Shown piece after piece: positions 48,082 through 60,040 of a stretch of DNA of 64,000 bases. The translations under genes were made by a program, and so were the position numbers. The stretch's first letter is position 1. The number at the start of each line of letters is the position of its first letter. Under the pieces are notes generated by a model. It made no database searches and was not told where the DNA came from. It saw nothing but the letters and a program-made list of their open reading frames with translations. The DNA is from Octopus bimaculoides. Taxonomy: Eukaryota. Where the stretch lies: contig NC_068992.1 of NCBI RefSeq assembly GCF_001194135.2, forward strand, positions 37,173,670-37,237,669, read 5' to 3'.

Positions 48082-51000
48082 TGTAGTGTGGCACAAGTAG
48101 CCAGTGCCATTTTGTATGAGATCTCGCTGGCAACCATTATCTTGTCCGAGACAAGAGCGAGATCTCACATACAACTGTTACCATGCACGACACCACAACA
48201 AGGCTCTCCTCGACAACGGCTATTTAAGCAGGTGTGAAAAACATTCAACCTCTTAGTCTTCTCCAGGTTGCTTACGCTGAGCGACACAATGAAGCAGGCA
48301 GCTACAGTGGACTCTTACCCGCTCTAACCACATATGTTATTCTCTGGAGGTAATGTACCTTACATGAGTGGAAATATTACAAGCCATGTGCTGCCATGAA
48401 GATGGACACCTAGAACGGGATACAAAATCAGGAATCACAATAAACGATTATTGAATTGCATCCGCTCCTGAGCTTCTTCTTTCGCCATCCAGCTCCTTAC
48501 AACAGAAAATAATTATAATGGGAGAAGGTGATACTCTACTGGTATCATGAATGGTGACCCCGACAGAAAAAGGATTTCAGCAGTCGCAAACATTATTGCA
48601 TAGGTGCCTCAACCAAACCATGGACTGGTGGTTTTCACTCGCTCCCAACTAATAAACAAATCAATGGCCACAACTCCAGCCGTCCATCAACTTCCAGCAA
48701 GCCATCCGTCAACTTCCAGCAAGCCGACCATCAACTTCCAGTCATCATTCCTGTCTACCACAATATTCGGATTGCCTCATGTGGTGAAACAGAACATTAC
48801 CAGTTCACCCCCCATTTGTTGACGGTTTCTTAAACAACAGCAACAAAAAAAAAAAAGGAAAAAATACAAACAAACAAACAAAAAAAAAAGAAGCACACAA
48901 ACATTTTTTTCAGTACTGCAACAGGTTTGGCGACCAAAAACAGAATTTTTTCTTCCCTTTCATTGTGCACACAGTACCCCAAAACTTCAGAAATTTTGCT
49001 AAGAAAAAATTCTTTTTTCTCACACACATGTTTCTAGTTACAGAAGATTTGGGCACGTCAGATTCTTCCCTCAAATTTTCATCTCATCATGCTTTCTTTG
49101 TTAAGGATCGTGTGTCTAACAAATCATTCATGGTTGACACCAGATCCAGCTGTTCTATTTGGCCTTTGCCTCTTACTTCAGACAAGCCAAAGCAATTTGC
49201 CATTAACCTGCACACGGTTAATCTATCCTCGATGAAAACTTATGGTCAGGTCTTATTACACCTAGATCTCAACCTTCGAAGGGATTTTAGGTAGGTTTTT
49301 GTTATAGCCGATCTACCATATCCCATTCTGGGCACGGTCTTCTGAAACCACTTTCACTTATTAGTAGATGTCAGGTGACAGAGACTTGTGGACGATTCTA
49401 TGTCTTCGTTTACACCTACTTGGGTTACTACTAATGTTGTTTACAGCCCATCAGAGCTGGTGGATCCGACTTTCAAATCAGTCACAGTCACACACTCGAC
49501 TTGCCATTATATCACTACTTCTGGACCACCCATCTTTTCACGTCCACAGCAACTCACTCCTAATCGGCTCAAAAAGGCTCAATCTGAATTTGAGCAAATG
49601 CATCAACTCAGCCTTATTCACCCCTCCACCAGCCCTTGGGCAACTCCTCTACATTTGGCATGGAAAGGGGATTCAGGCTTTCACCCGGTGGGGGATTACA
49701 GACATTTAAATGCAGTCACTGTTCCCAATCACTATCCTATAAGGAATCTCAAGATTTTTCTGTAAACTTGCATGGTTGTACCATTTTTACCAAGGTTGAC
49801 CTCATCTGAGCTTATCATCAAATTCCAATGAACCTGACCTCATTCCCAAAACTGCCGTTACCACCCGCTTTGGAAGTTTCAAGTTCCTGTTTATGAGCTT
49901 CGGCTTGCGGAATGCAACGAGCACATTCCAGAGGTTTATCGATGAAGTTGTTTGTGGACTTGACTTTGTATTCACTTGCGTCGATGATTTGCTCATAGCT
50001 AGCGACACACATGAAAATCATCTCCAACACTCATCTCAACTTTTTCAGCCTCTTCACACCTACAATGTGCCCTTGCTTGCACATACGGTTCCTGATGCTC
50101 ATCTCTCTTTAACAGTTGATGCATCGGATTCTGCAGTTGGTGCTGTTTTGCAACACACCATCAACAATCAAACTCGGCCTTTGGCATTTTTTTCTCGTCA
50201 ATTACAGCCAGCTGAGCATCGTTAGAGTATGTTTGATGTTGAACTCTTAGCGATCTACCTGTCAATTCGTCACTTTTTACATCTGTTCAAGGGCCGGGAT
50301 TTTGTGATTTATACTGATCACAAGCCTCTTACATTTTCTCTGTCATCTAAATCAGATAAACACTCGCCTCATGCTTTTCATCACCTGGACTACATTACCC
50401 AGTACACGAGTGACATTCGGCATATACCTGGAAGAGAGAACATGCCTGCTGACACACTTTCTCATCTCCCTGTATGTTCTCTTTCATCTCCTGCTGCAAT
50501 CAATTTAACTGCCATTGCGCAGGATCAGCCAGCTATCCTGTTGCAAATTTGCCTATCTTCCATTTCCATCTACTGAAGGCACAATCCTTTGTGACACAGC
50601 GACCGGTTCTCCAAGACCGTTTGTACCTGCAAACCACCAGTGTTCTGTTTTCAATGCCTTGCATTCACTGTCACATCCTGGCATCACTGCCTTGGTGAAG
50701 CTTATTACGGCTCGGTCTTTCTGGCCTAATATATTTGCCAACTGATCACCACTTGGGCACACTCTTGTGTGAAATGCCAGCGTTCTAAAGTCCACAGACA
50801 CATTCACGCACTTCTTGGACAGTTTTCTCTGTCACAGACTGGCTTTTGCCATGTCCTCATTGATCTGGTTGGGCCATGTCCTGTCAGTTGCAGTTTCTCT
50901 TACATACTGACATGCATTGATCGTTTCTCTCATTGGCCTAAGGCCATTCCAATAGTGGACATTTCTGCTGAGTCAGTTGCTCGCGCTTTCGTTTCTAACT

Positions 51001-52588
51001 GGATTGCTCGCTTTGGTGTCCCAGCTAAAATAACCACTGATCATGGATGCCAGTTCAAAGTTTCCTTCATTTCGTGAATTGTCACGAATCCTAGGCATTC
51101 ATCACATTCGTACAACCAGCTACCATCCAGCTTCCAACGGGATGGTCGAACGTTTTCACAGGCAACTAAAGGCTGCTCTATGCACCACTTCTGATCCACA
51201 GTCTTGGACAGAATTCCTGCCTATCGTTCTTCTTCATTGTTGCACTGCTGTTAAAGCAGACTTAGGTTTCTCCTCTGCTGAACTCCTTTACGGAACCATC
51301 CTGGCACTCCCTGGTACAATGTTGGCGCCAGACAATTCATCGCATCCTAGTCCAACGTCGTATGTCCCCAGACTTCGCTCATATTTCTCAAGTTTTCCAT
51401 CCATGCATCCGCATGACTAGTCTATTTCCTCTCATGTCCCACCGGACATTGACAAATGGACTCATGTCCTTATAAAGGACCATTTCTCCTTATAAAGGAC
51501 CATTTTGTGTGCTATCATGCACACCCAAAACTTTTAGTCTCGACATCAATGGTCGGGTGTCCACACCCTTCAATGACACCCCAGCCACGCCTACTTTTGA
51601 TCCTTTACACCCACCTGTACGTGCACCTTTGACCACACCATCACCTACACTTCCACCTTCGTCACCACTACTTAACATGAATAAACTCTATGTCACCAGG
51701 ACAGGCCAAACTGTGCCTTGGTCAAAAAAACTCACCAGAGCTATTTACATCTAACCTTTTTTTTGTCTTATGACAGACAATTCTTTTCTTGTGTGCTGAA
51801 CAATTCCAATGCCTTGCCATTGAACTTTGTCAAATATTTTGTGCATGCTCCTTTTATATTGCTTGTAATTATTCTTCTCAACTTATCACATTTTGTATTA
51901 TATTTTGTACCTCATCTTGTTGTTTGTGATCGGTGGCCATCTTTGTTTTCTTGTGCTTGCTCCAGTCATTCTAATTTCGCACTANNNNNNNNNNNNNNNN
52001 NNNNNNNNNNNNNNNNNNNNNNNNNNNNNNNNNNNNNNNNNNNNNNNNNNNNNNNNNNNNNNNNNNNNNNNNNNNNNNNNNNNNNNNNNNNNNNNNNNNN
52101 NNNNNNNNNNNNNNNNNNNNNNGTGGCATGGCACAAGTAGCCAGCGCCATTTTGTACGAGATCTCGCTGGTAACCATTATCTTGTTTGAGACAAGAGCGA
52201 GATCTCACATACAACTGTTACCATGCGCGACTCAACAACAAGGCTCTCCTCGACAACGGCTATTTAAGCAGGTATGAAAAACATTCAACCTCTTAGTCTT
52301 CTCCAAGTTGCTTACGCTGAGGGACACAATGAAGCAGGCAGCTACAGCGGACTCTAACCCGTTCTAACCACATATGTTATTCTCTAGAGGTAATGTACCT
52401 CACATGAGTGGAGATATCACGCCATGTGCTGCCATGAAGATGGACATCTAGAATGGGACACAAGATCGGGAATCACAATAAATGATTATTGAATTGCATC
52501 CGCTTGTGAGCTTCTTCTTTTGCCATCTAGATCCTTAAGACAGAAAATAATTATAATGGGAGAAGGTGATACTCTACCAGTATCATGA
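48082..52588 (+). mobile_element. Ty3/Gypsy LTR retrotransposon with paired LTRs
   Basis: LTRs 48082-48550 and ~52123-52588 (about 34 differences in 460 bp by hand count, ~93%); PBS TGGTGACCCCGAC (tRNA-Trp type) at 48552-48564; 4-bp TSD ACCT; PR, RT (CVDD), RNase H (VDAS) and IN (IDLVGP, TTDHG, VERFHRQLK) relics. Confidence 0.92.
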
Positions 52589-53329
52589 ACCTTTCCTTTC
52601 CCTTATAACCTGATATTGTAACCCCAGCATACTTTTCTGGTCAAATGCTTTAGTGCTAATAGCATACTTAATTAGTTAGGATTCTAAAGAGTTTCTCTAC
52701 TCATTTTCTTTCATTTCAAATTCTTTTACATTTTCTAACTATTTTTTAATTATTGTATTAATCTTCTTCACCCCCTTTTAAAAGTACTGTCATTTTAACT
52801 TTCCTCCTGTTACTATATTATATAATATTATGGTTTGTTTATGAATTCTGTTTATCTGTATTATTAACAGGAAACTGATTATCTTAATATAGAGTCAATA
52901 ATGAATTGTTCTTTCTTTAGCAAGTCTTCAATTTGTCCATGTTTTTGTCACAACATATAACTCCTTCCCTCCACTAACATTTCAAAATGTAGTAGTAATT
53001 TTTAATACAGTATTCCCAGTTGCCTGCAACAACCCAAGCAATATAGGAAGATATCAGATTTCAATTCATTTCATGGTCAAATTTACAATTCTGTGATTCC
53101 TATTACTTTTACAGCTCCCCTTCCCTGTTGCCTTTGTGGCACTGGTCAGCTATTTGCTTAAAATGACTTAGTTTTCAAATAATACCATTTTGATCAAATT
53201 CCTTTCTTTTGGCAGTCAGTTTATTGTGGCTCTGAGAAAGATAAAGGTGTGAGACTGTTCTCTGTTTTTTTCAGTAGAACAGTTAAGGATTGATTTATCA
53301 ATATAATTGAACTATGGAACTAGACACCT

Positions 53330-55780
53330 TCAATATTTATCCAGAAACATATGTAAGCCTTTAATATACGCATAAAATCTATTACCTGTGTATATTTTTG
53401 TAGCATGATGGAGGAAAAAGACAACAGAAAAATAAGCAAAAGGGAGAAAGAAATACAGAGACCTTACCTGTTGACCATGGCGGGATGGGCGATCACTGAC
53501 CAGATAAAAACATAACCTTTCACACGTGTCATCTCTCATCGAACTGCCTGCACGTGCTTTGTGCCCATGCATGCCCTTGTGGCTCTTCCGCCGGTCCCTG
53601 CAGTCTTCACTTCCTCATCTGCAATCCTCTCCACCAACACCACATAGCTCATCACAGTCCATAACACCACAAACACCATATGCCCCACTGATCTACAGAT
53701 CACTCAACAGGCTTTCCTACTCACTCCTCGCTCCCAAACTTACACCTTAACTGGTTTCATAATCAGCCAACCAGGGAGGAGGGTGCTGCTCCCTCTGTGG
53801 TCATTGTGCGACCCCAGGACTGGCTTGAGTTCCTGGCATGCTGCTGCTGGCTTCATCATCTTGCCTACTTCTGCTTTCTTGATCTTCTTGCCTACTGTTG
53901 CTGTCTTCATCTTTTTGCCCACTGCTGCTGGTTTCATCCTCTGAGGCATTGACAATCTTCCGCACATCCAAAACATGGCATGGCATACCATCGACAGAGA
54001 TGTTGTTCTTCGAATTGATGGAGGTTATTGTTCCCTTTCCCCATCATGATGTACACCGTGCATTTGGGGGTTTTACCCAAACTTCTTCCCTGACCTGCAC
54101 GATGGCATGCTCTTCCTCTCCCCCGGGTCACATTGATGCAGTACACAGATGCCTCCACTCATACCTGAATATTGCCTTGTGTGGCACCGTCTCCTCAGCT
54201 TGTCTTGACCTGGGTGACATATTGTACCAAAATACGGGCTCAATTGGTGACATGTGGCCCCTCTCTGCCAAGGTCTTGATGGTACGATGATGCCTTTCCA
54301 CCACTCCATTTTCACTTGGCTGGTATGCCGCCCTGAAGAAGCAGCTGACTTGCCACCCATCAAGCATTTCTTTCAGCACCTTCGAGCGAAATGCAGGGCC
54401 ATTATCCAGAAGTAGCTCATCCATGAGGCCTCGTTCCAGGAATATCTCATTTAATACTCTCGCGATTTCCTCTGCAGTCCCCGTCTTCATCTCCCTCCAT
54501 GTGGCCAACCGACCCGGTCCACAGTCAACTATTGACCACATGAAATGGAGCAATCATGTCACACATGGATAGTACAAGGAATTGTGGAGCTGTATAAGGT
54601 CCAAAGAGGGTAGAAGAGTCTGCAGCTTTGTTCTCCTTACCTGGTTGGAAAACAGCGTTATATTTGAAACAAGATAGCTCAATCCTCCACTGTAGCATCT
54701 TGTCATTTTTGACTTTACCTTTGTGCTCATTGTTGCATATGAAAGCCATTGATTGGTCACTAACTGAAAATCAACATTGATAAGGTAGTGCTTCCATTTA
54801 CTAAGAGCTTCAATGATGGTGTAGGTTTCTTTTTCAACCAAAGAAAGGTTCTGTTCACTACAAGTAAGGTTGTCCATTCTGGTTTAAGATGGTGGCAATA
54901 GCAATATCTTAAGCATCTGTCTCCACAACCAAGGGCACTTGATGATCAATGGTGACCAAAACAGTGCCTTTGAACTTTGACTTGGGGTTTTCCAATGACT
55001 GTTCAACAACATCAGGGAGGGAAAAAGTTTTATTGTGTACCAAGAGTGCAATTTTGTCTGAGAAATGGGAGATCCAGTGAAAATAATAAGCAAACATCCC
55101 AATGATCCTCTTTTGTGCTTTGGCATTTTGAAGAGATGGTTGCTCACATAAGCAGCAGAATCATTCTGGATCCAGTCTGATTACCCCTTTGGACTTTTCA
55201 TAACTAAGAAGCTTGATAGTCCAGGCAGCAACGACTATTTCTTATCATTGAAGGGGAACCCATGTGTCTTTATGACTTGTAGGAATCTTTCACAGTTCTC
55301 ATCATGTTCTCTTCTGTTGCACTTGCATATTGTGACATTGTCAACGCAGGTGAAGGTATCCTTGTGTTTTGTTTGTTTGATAAGATTTTCAATGATATGT
55401 TGAAAACAAGCTATATCATTTATGTCTCCAGACAGTATACATCCTTCAAATGCCATGATTTTTTTATTATCTTTGCATATAGGAATCTGATGACAAGCAC
55501 TCTTAAGATCAAAAATAGTGAATATCTCATAACAAGATATTTTCTCAACCAGTTCATCGATGCGTGGCACAGGGTAAGCATCAAGTTGTGTTTATAGATT
55601 GATTGTCTGGCTATAATTGATGACCATTCATCTTTTGTGTGACTCATCACATGGAGTAATTGTAAACTCAGTGTACTCATGATGTTATTAAACACACAAG
55701 ATGTATTCATTTCTCTCTTTACTTTCAGTAGTTGTCTGAGTAGCAAGATGTAGCACTCAAATATACTTTGGACTAATTTT
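53330..55780 (-). mobile_element. Ty3/Gypsy pol relic (RT-RNase H-integrase), LTRs not identified
   Basis: PRIDEL..FDLKSACHQ..CVDN; VETDA; EKE..IIEALSKWKHYL; LLLDNGPAF..NGVVERHHRTIK. Confidence 0.85.
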
Positions 55781-56244
55781 AAGCCTCTACCCCCATCCCA
55801 CCATTTAATATAGACCTTGTCAATGTTTGGTGTGGAAGTTACCAGTCAATGTTAGTATTTTCCTAGTCCTAATGTCCAAGCTGCAAATTTCTTTGAGTGC
55901 TCAATTTGAAATGCCAAATAGGACTGTAAAAGCATAGTAGGATAGTTTTATTGAATACAGATAGCTCTAGCTTCCATAACTTGCAATCTATGCTGAAGTA
56001 TTCTTTTGTCACTCTAGTTTTACACATAGAACAAACATATGCAATATTCATATCACATATCAGTCAATAATCTTACTTCATTTAACTAAATATGAATACA
56101 TGTATGAATGTGTGTGTATGTAAATATGTATATATATATCCTCAAACAGACTCCACAGACAGGTATTGGTCTGCATCAGCAAGACTTGCATCATTTAGTG
56201 AAATTGATAAAAAGAGTACAATGACTTGCTGTGGCATGTGGAAA

Positions 56245-56279
56245 ATCCAACATTTCAGACAGAGTCTGTCTTCAGAGAA
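56245..56279 (-). ncRNA. Minimal hammerhead-like motif, sense to IQCH
   Basis: TTCT-CTGAAGA-C-AGAC(TCT)GTCT-GAAA-TG-TT-GGAT; weak stem I. Confidence 0.4.
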
Positions 56280-56391
56280 TTAATGAGAGACAGCAGTCTT
56301 ACATAACTGAAGTATTCATGTATGTATTACATACATTTGGTAAATATAGTGTATTACAAGATAATAATTACTTAATATATGAGAAAGGCTA

Positions 56392-56565
56392 GGCATAGGA
56401 GTGGCTGTGTGGTAAGTAGCTTGCTTACAAACCACATGGTTCCAGGTTCAGTCCCACTGCGTGGCACCTTGGGTGAGTGTCTTCTACTATAGCCTCGGGC
56501 AGACCAAAGCCTTGTGAGTGGATTTGGTAGACGGAAACTGAAAGAAGCCCCGCATTGAATATGTG

Positions 56566-56644
<79 letters not shown>

Positions 56645-56864
56645 ATGTTTGTGTGTCTGTGTTTGTCCCCCAACATCGCTTGACAACCGATGCTGGTGTA
56701 TTTATGTCCCCGTAAATTAGTGGTTTGGCAAAAGAGACCAATAAAATAAGTACTAGGCTTACAAAGAATAAGTCCTGGGGTCGATTTGCTCGACTAAAGG
56801 CGGTGCTCCAGCATGGCTGCAGTCAAATGACTGAAACAAGAAAAAGAGTAAAGAGTAAAGAGTA
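56392..56864 (+). mobile_element. SINE family A, full length and well conserved
   Basis: Head GGCATAGGAGTGGCTGTGTGGTAAG..., (TG)n core, tail. Confidence 0.9.
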
Positions 56865-57213
56865 TATGCAATGAAGAAGAAAGCAAGACATCAATCTGTT
56901 TCACTGAAGAGACAACTTGTGTAATCATGTGACTTTGATTTCCACATATAACTAGAGATAGAGGGGTGAAGAAACTGGATGATGGTGGTAATAATGATGG
57001 TGGCTTTGATGATATAAATATGTTCATCATGATGAGGATAATGACAACGGGGATGGCTTTCAACTTTTCAAATAATCTACAAATTCTAATAGGCCCATGA
57101 TTATTACTGATAATATATTTAAAATAGTTCTAAAATGTGTGACAAATGTCCTTCAGACTCAAAAAAGAAGAGCATCTTGAATGTACAACAAAGTCAATGT
57201 TGAACTTTATTAC

Positions 57214-57441
57214 CTTAATCTTGAGTTTATATACTTCTATATTGTCTGCTCTTGTCTGTCTTAAAAGAGCCTTGTATCGCTGAACTCTCAAATGTACTGT
57301 CCATGCAACAACAACAATGCTAGAAGCCCACTTTTTCCGCTGGTACTCAAGGAATTTTTTTCTGTCTTTCATTCTTCGCCAGTTGCTTTGTATAGTAATG
57401 GCTGCATATATTTTACCATGTGGACCACAGTATTTACGACC
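57214..57441 (-). CDS. IQCH: IQCH coding exon with the IQ motif (most 5' exon in the window)
   Basis: Reads GRKYCGPHGKIYAAITIQSNWRRMKDRKKFLEYQRKKWASSIVVVAW...KLKIK; IQxxWR motif; acceptor TTTACAG at 57442, donor GTAATA at 57213; 228 nt, phase 0/0. Resembles the recalled vertebrate IQCH 'KIQATWK..RKFFLFYRQQKWAS' segment. Confidence 0.9.
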
Positions 57442-58489
57442 CTGTAAACAGTTAGGAAGGAAGAGAAAGAAAAAAAACAGAGATTCTATTTAATTATCAA
57501 GATTATTGTACTACAGTATATTACACGCATAATATAAGAAAAGCTTCTCGACTGAAAATTATATAGAATTGACTGAGAAAGATAGTGATGTCACATGGAA
57601 ATGAATGGAGCTATCCATAGTTTACTATTGGATTTATTGTATTCATGACCTAACGTCTCTGTCATACTTGACAAAAACTAAAAACTTAAAAAGTAAAAAA
57701 TCTACTATAAAATTTTCTGTAGCAATTCAAGTGTCAGAATGTAAAGGTAATTTTACAGTTTCAACAAAACTAATTTCTTTAACAACCATTAGATGTTTTT
57801 TCTTTAAACAATTATTTCACATCTTCAACAGAATTCTAGTCATTTAATATTTCATATTAATAAGGTGGTGAACTGTGTTGAGAAAGACACTTAGTGATAT
57901 TTAATCTGTCTTTACATTCTGAGTTCAAATTCCACTGAGGTTGACTTCACCTTTCACCTTTTTGGGGTTATTTAAAATAAGTACCAGTTAAATACTGGGG
58001 TTGTAATTGATTTACTCCTTCCCCGGAAAATGCTGACTTATGCCAAAGTTTGAAATAAATATTTTAATTTAATTTGTGGCAAACACTTAAAACAAGACAT
58101 CAGCTTTTGATTCTCAATTGATACGCATTTACTTCAATTATGCTGCTTTAGTAAATGCAATAATATCACAATTTCCAATTTTCTTTTGAACTATATGTAC
58201 GACTAAACTGCTTTTCAAAACTATGAAGCCAGAGCACTGTCTGTTTTTACTGGTGAACTATACTGCCCAAATTCATAAAACTCACCTCTAAGTAAGAAAT
58301 GGAATAGAAGAAGGCATTGCAATATTCAGATTCATTGAAATTCAAAAATAAATTAGATAATTAAAAAAAACATACAGAGCCAGAAACCCCCTGCTCAAAA
58401 CTATAACACCAGGTTGAATAATGTAAAAAATAATGCAAAACAGGGAAATTATGTTATATTTCAATGATATTCTCATGCAATACATCGAC

Positions 58490-59600
58490 AATAGTGTTTT
58501 TGACCACCGCCTTTCTAAATCACTTCAAAAACATGCGATTTCATGCTCCCAATCAACTTCTGCTGCAGATCGAATGGAAGCTCTTCTGAGGTCTTCTTTA
58601 TTGCCATTTCAAGTTCATCAGCAGGTGAATATTGCTTGTCTTCACTGTAGACAACATTTGTGAGATATCCTCAGGCATTCTCTGTAGCATGGGTCAGGGA
58701 ACTTTTTTAACCAATTACTCCAAAATATATTTATTTATGTTGACATTACTTTTGAAAGGAAGATCATTGATTCTTTGAATTCAAAAGGTTTATTGAATCT
58801 ATTTATATGGAAAATACAATTATAAATATAAAAAGTATAAAACAAATTCAATAAAATAAATTAATATCCTCATTGTGAAACAAAAGGATTTTTCTTGAAT
58901 CTTATACACTTCAGGTTTTGGAGAAATGATGTTGTTTCATTTTTGTTACAGTTACATCAAAACCAGGGCATTTTGATGCCAGAGCAATTAGGATACAGTC
59001 TTCAGGGTCCAGTTGATTACTCTGTTTTGTTTTTATGTTCATTAGAGTGGAAATTCTTTGTTTTCAAAGGCAGGTTGTTGCAAAAGGCAGAAACTTTTTG
59101 ACTGCCTCCTCATGCCAGAAGAAAAATTTCTATTGTAACATAGAGCACATTTTTTTGTATAATTTTACTTATGTCTAATGAGTTCTCATTACTCCCAAGA
59201 ATTTCATTTTTACCCCACTTAGGGTAATTTACCCCTGTTCGCCGACCCATGGACTACAGAATAAAGGTCAGGATTTCTTGCTGGCCATGGAATGACTTCA
59301 ACCTCAATTGCATGGAGGAAATCCAAAGTTACCTTTGCTTTATGAATAGGAGCAGTGTCCTGTTGAAATTATGAAATTCTCACCATGGAGCCTTTTTCCT
59401 TCTTCATCAATGTGAGCCCCATCCAACATATCAATGTATCATGCAGCATTGAGACAGCCATCAATGATGACAAGTGGCATCTTCCCAGTGTCTTCTCATT
59501 GTTCCCCACACCATAAGAACTCTTCTGCTGTTTTGTCACTTGAAATAAGTAGAATCTTGTATACATCTATCTTCCCAGTAATAAATGTCCCCATCGGAGA
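58490..59600 (-). mobile_element. Tc1 transposase relics, rearranged
   Basis: GKMPLVIIDGCLNAA.YIDML, FQQDNAPIH-like segment, and C-terminal ..ELEMAIKK..QKLIGSMKSHVFEVI*KGGG. Confidence 0.65.
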
Positions 59601-60027
59601 CATCTAATTTCCATTTTTTCTCATTAGAGAACAGAACCCTGGTCCATTTACGGAACCTTGGTGGACCCCTACCTCTACCCGGAATTCATCACTGTACTCA
59701 TTGCCAACCCTCACCTTACTGACAGCATCTCTGTACATGGCTTGCACAGCTCTCACTAACCATTCTTCTATCCCAAGTTTCCTCATTGACCACCAGATGC
59801 TGGATCGGTGGACCCTGTCAAAGGCTTTCTCCATGTCAACAAAAGCCAGGTACAGAGGTTATCCTTGGCTAGGTATTTCTCCTGCAGCTGTCTTACCAGA
59901 AATATAGCATCAGTGGTGCTTTTCCCTGGCACGAACCCAAATTTCATCTCATCTAAACTGATTCGCTCCCTAATTAGTTGAGCTATGACCCTCTCCATGA
60001 CTTTCATTACCTGATCTAACAGCTTGA
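59600..60027 (-). mobile_element. RTE LINE RT fragment
   Basis: FGFVPGKSTTDAIFLVRQLQEKY; MEKAFDRV...GVHQGS. Confidence 0.9.
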
Positions 60028-60040
60028 TATATATATATTA

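Noticed and set aside
712-52214. Long ORFs full of X in the ORF track
   Set aside because: They span assembly N gaps and are artefacts.
1949-56741. ORFs with IYIY, HTHT or CVCV runs
   Set aside because: Translations of (TA)n and (CA)n microsatellites within SINEs and introns.
18931-56935. Other CTGATGA/CTGAAGA heptamers (18932, 31944, ~42395 minus, ~56906)
   Set aside because: No downstream GAAA with stems; some fall in coding motifs such as the RT HADD.
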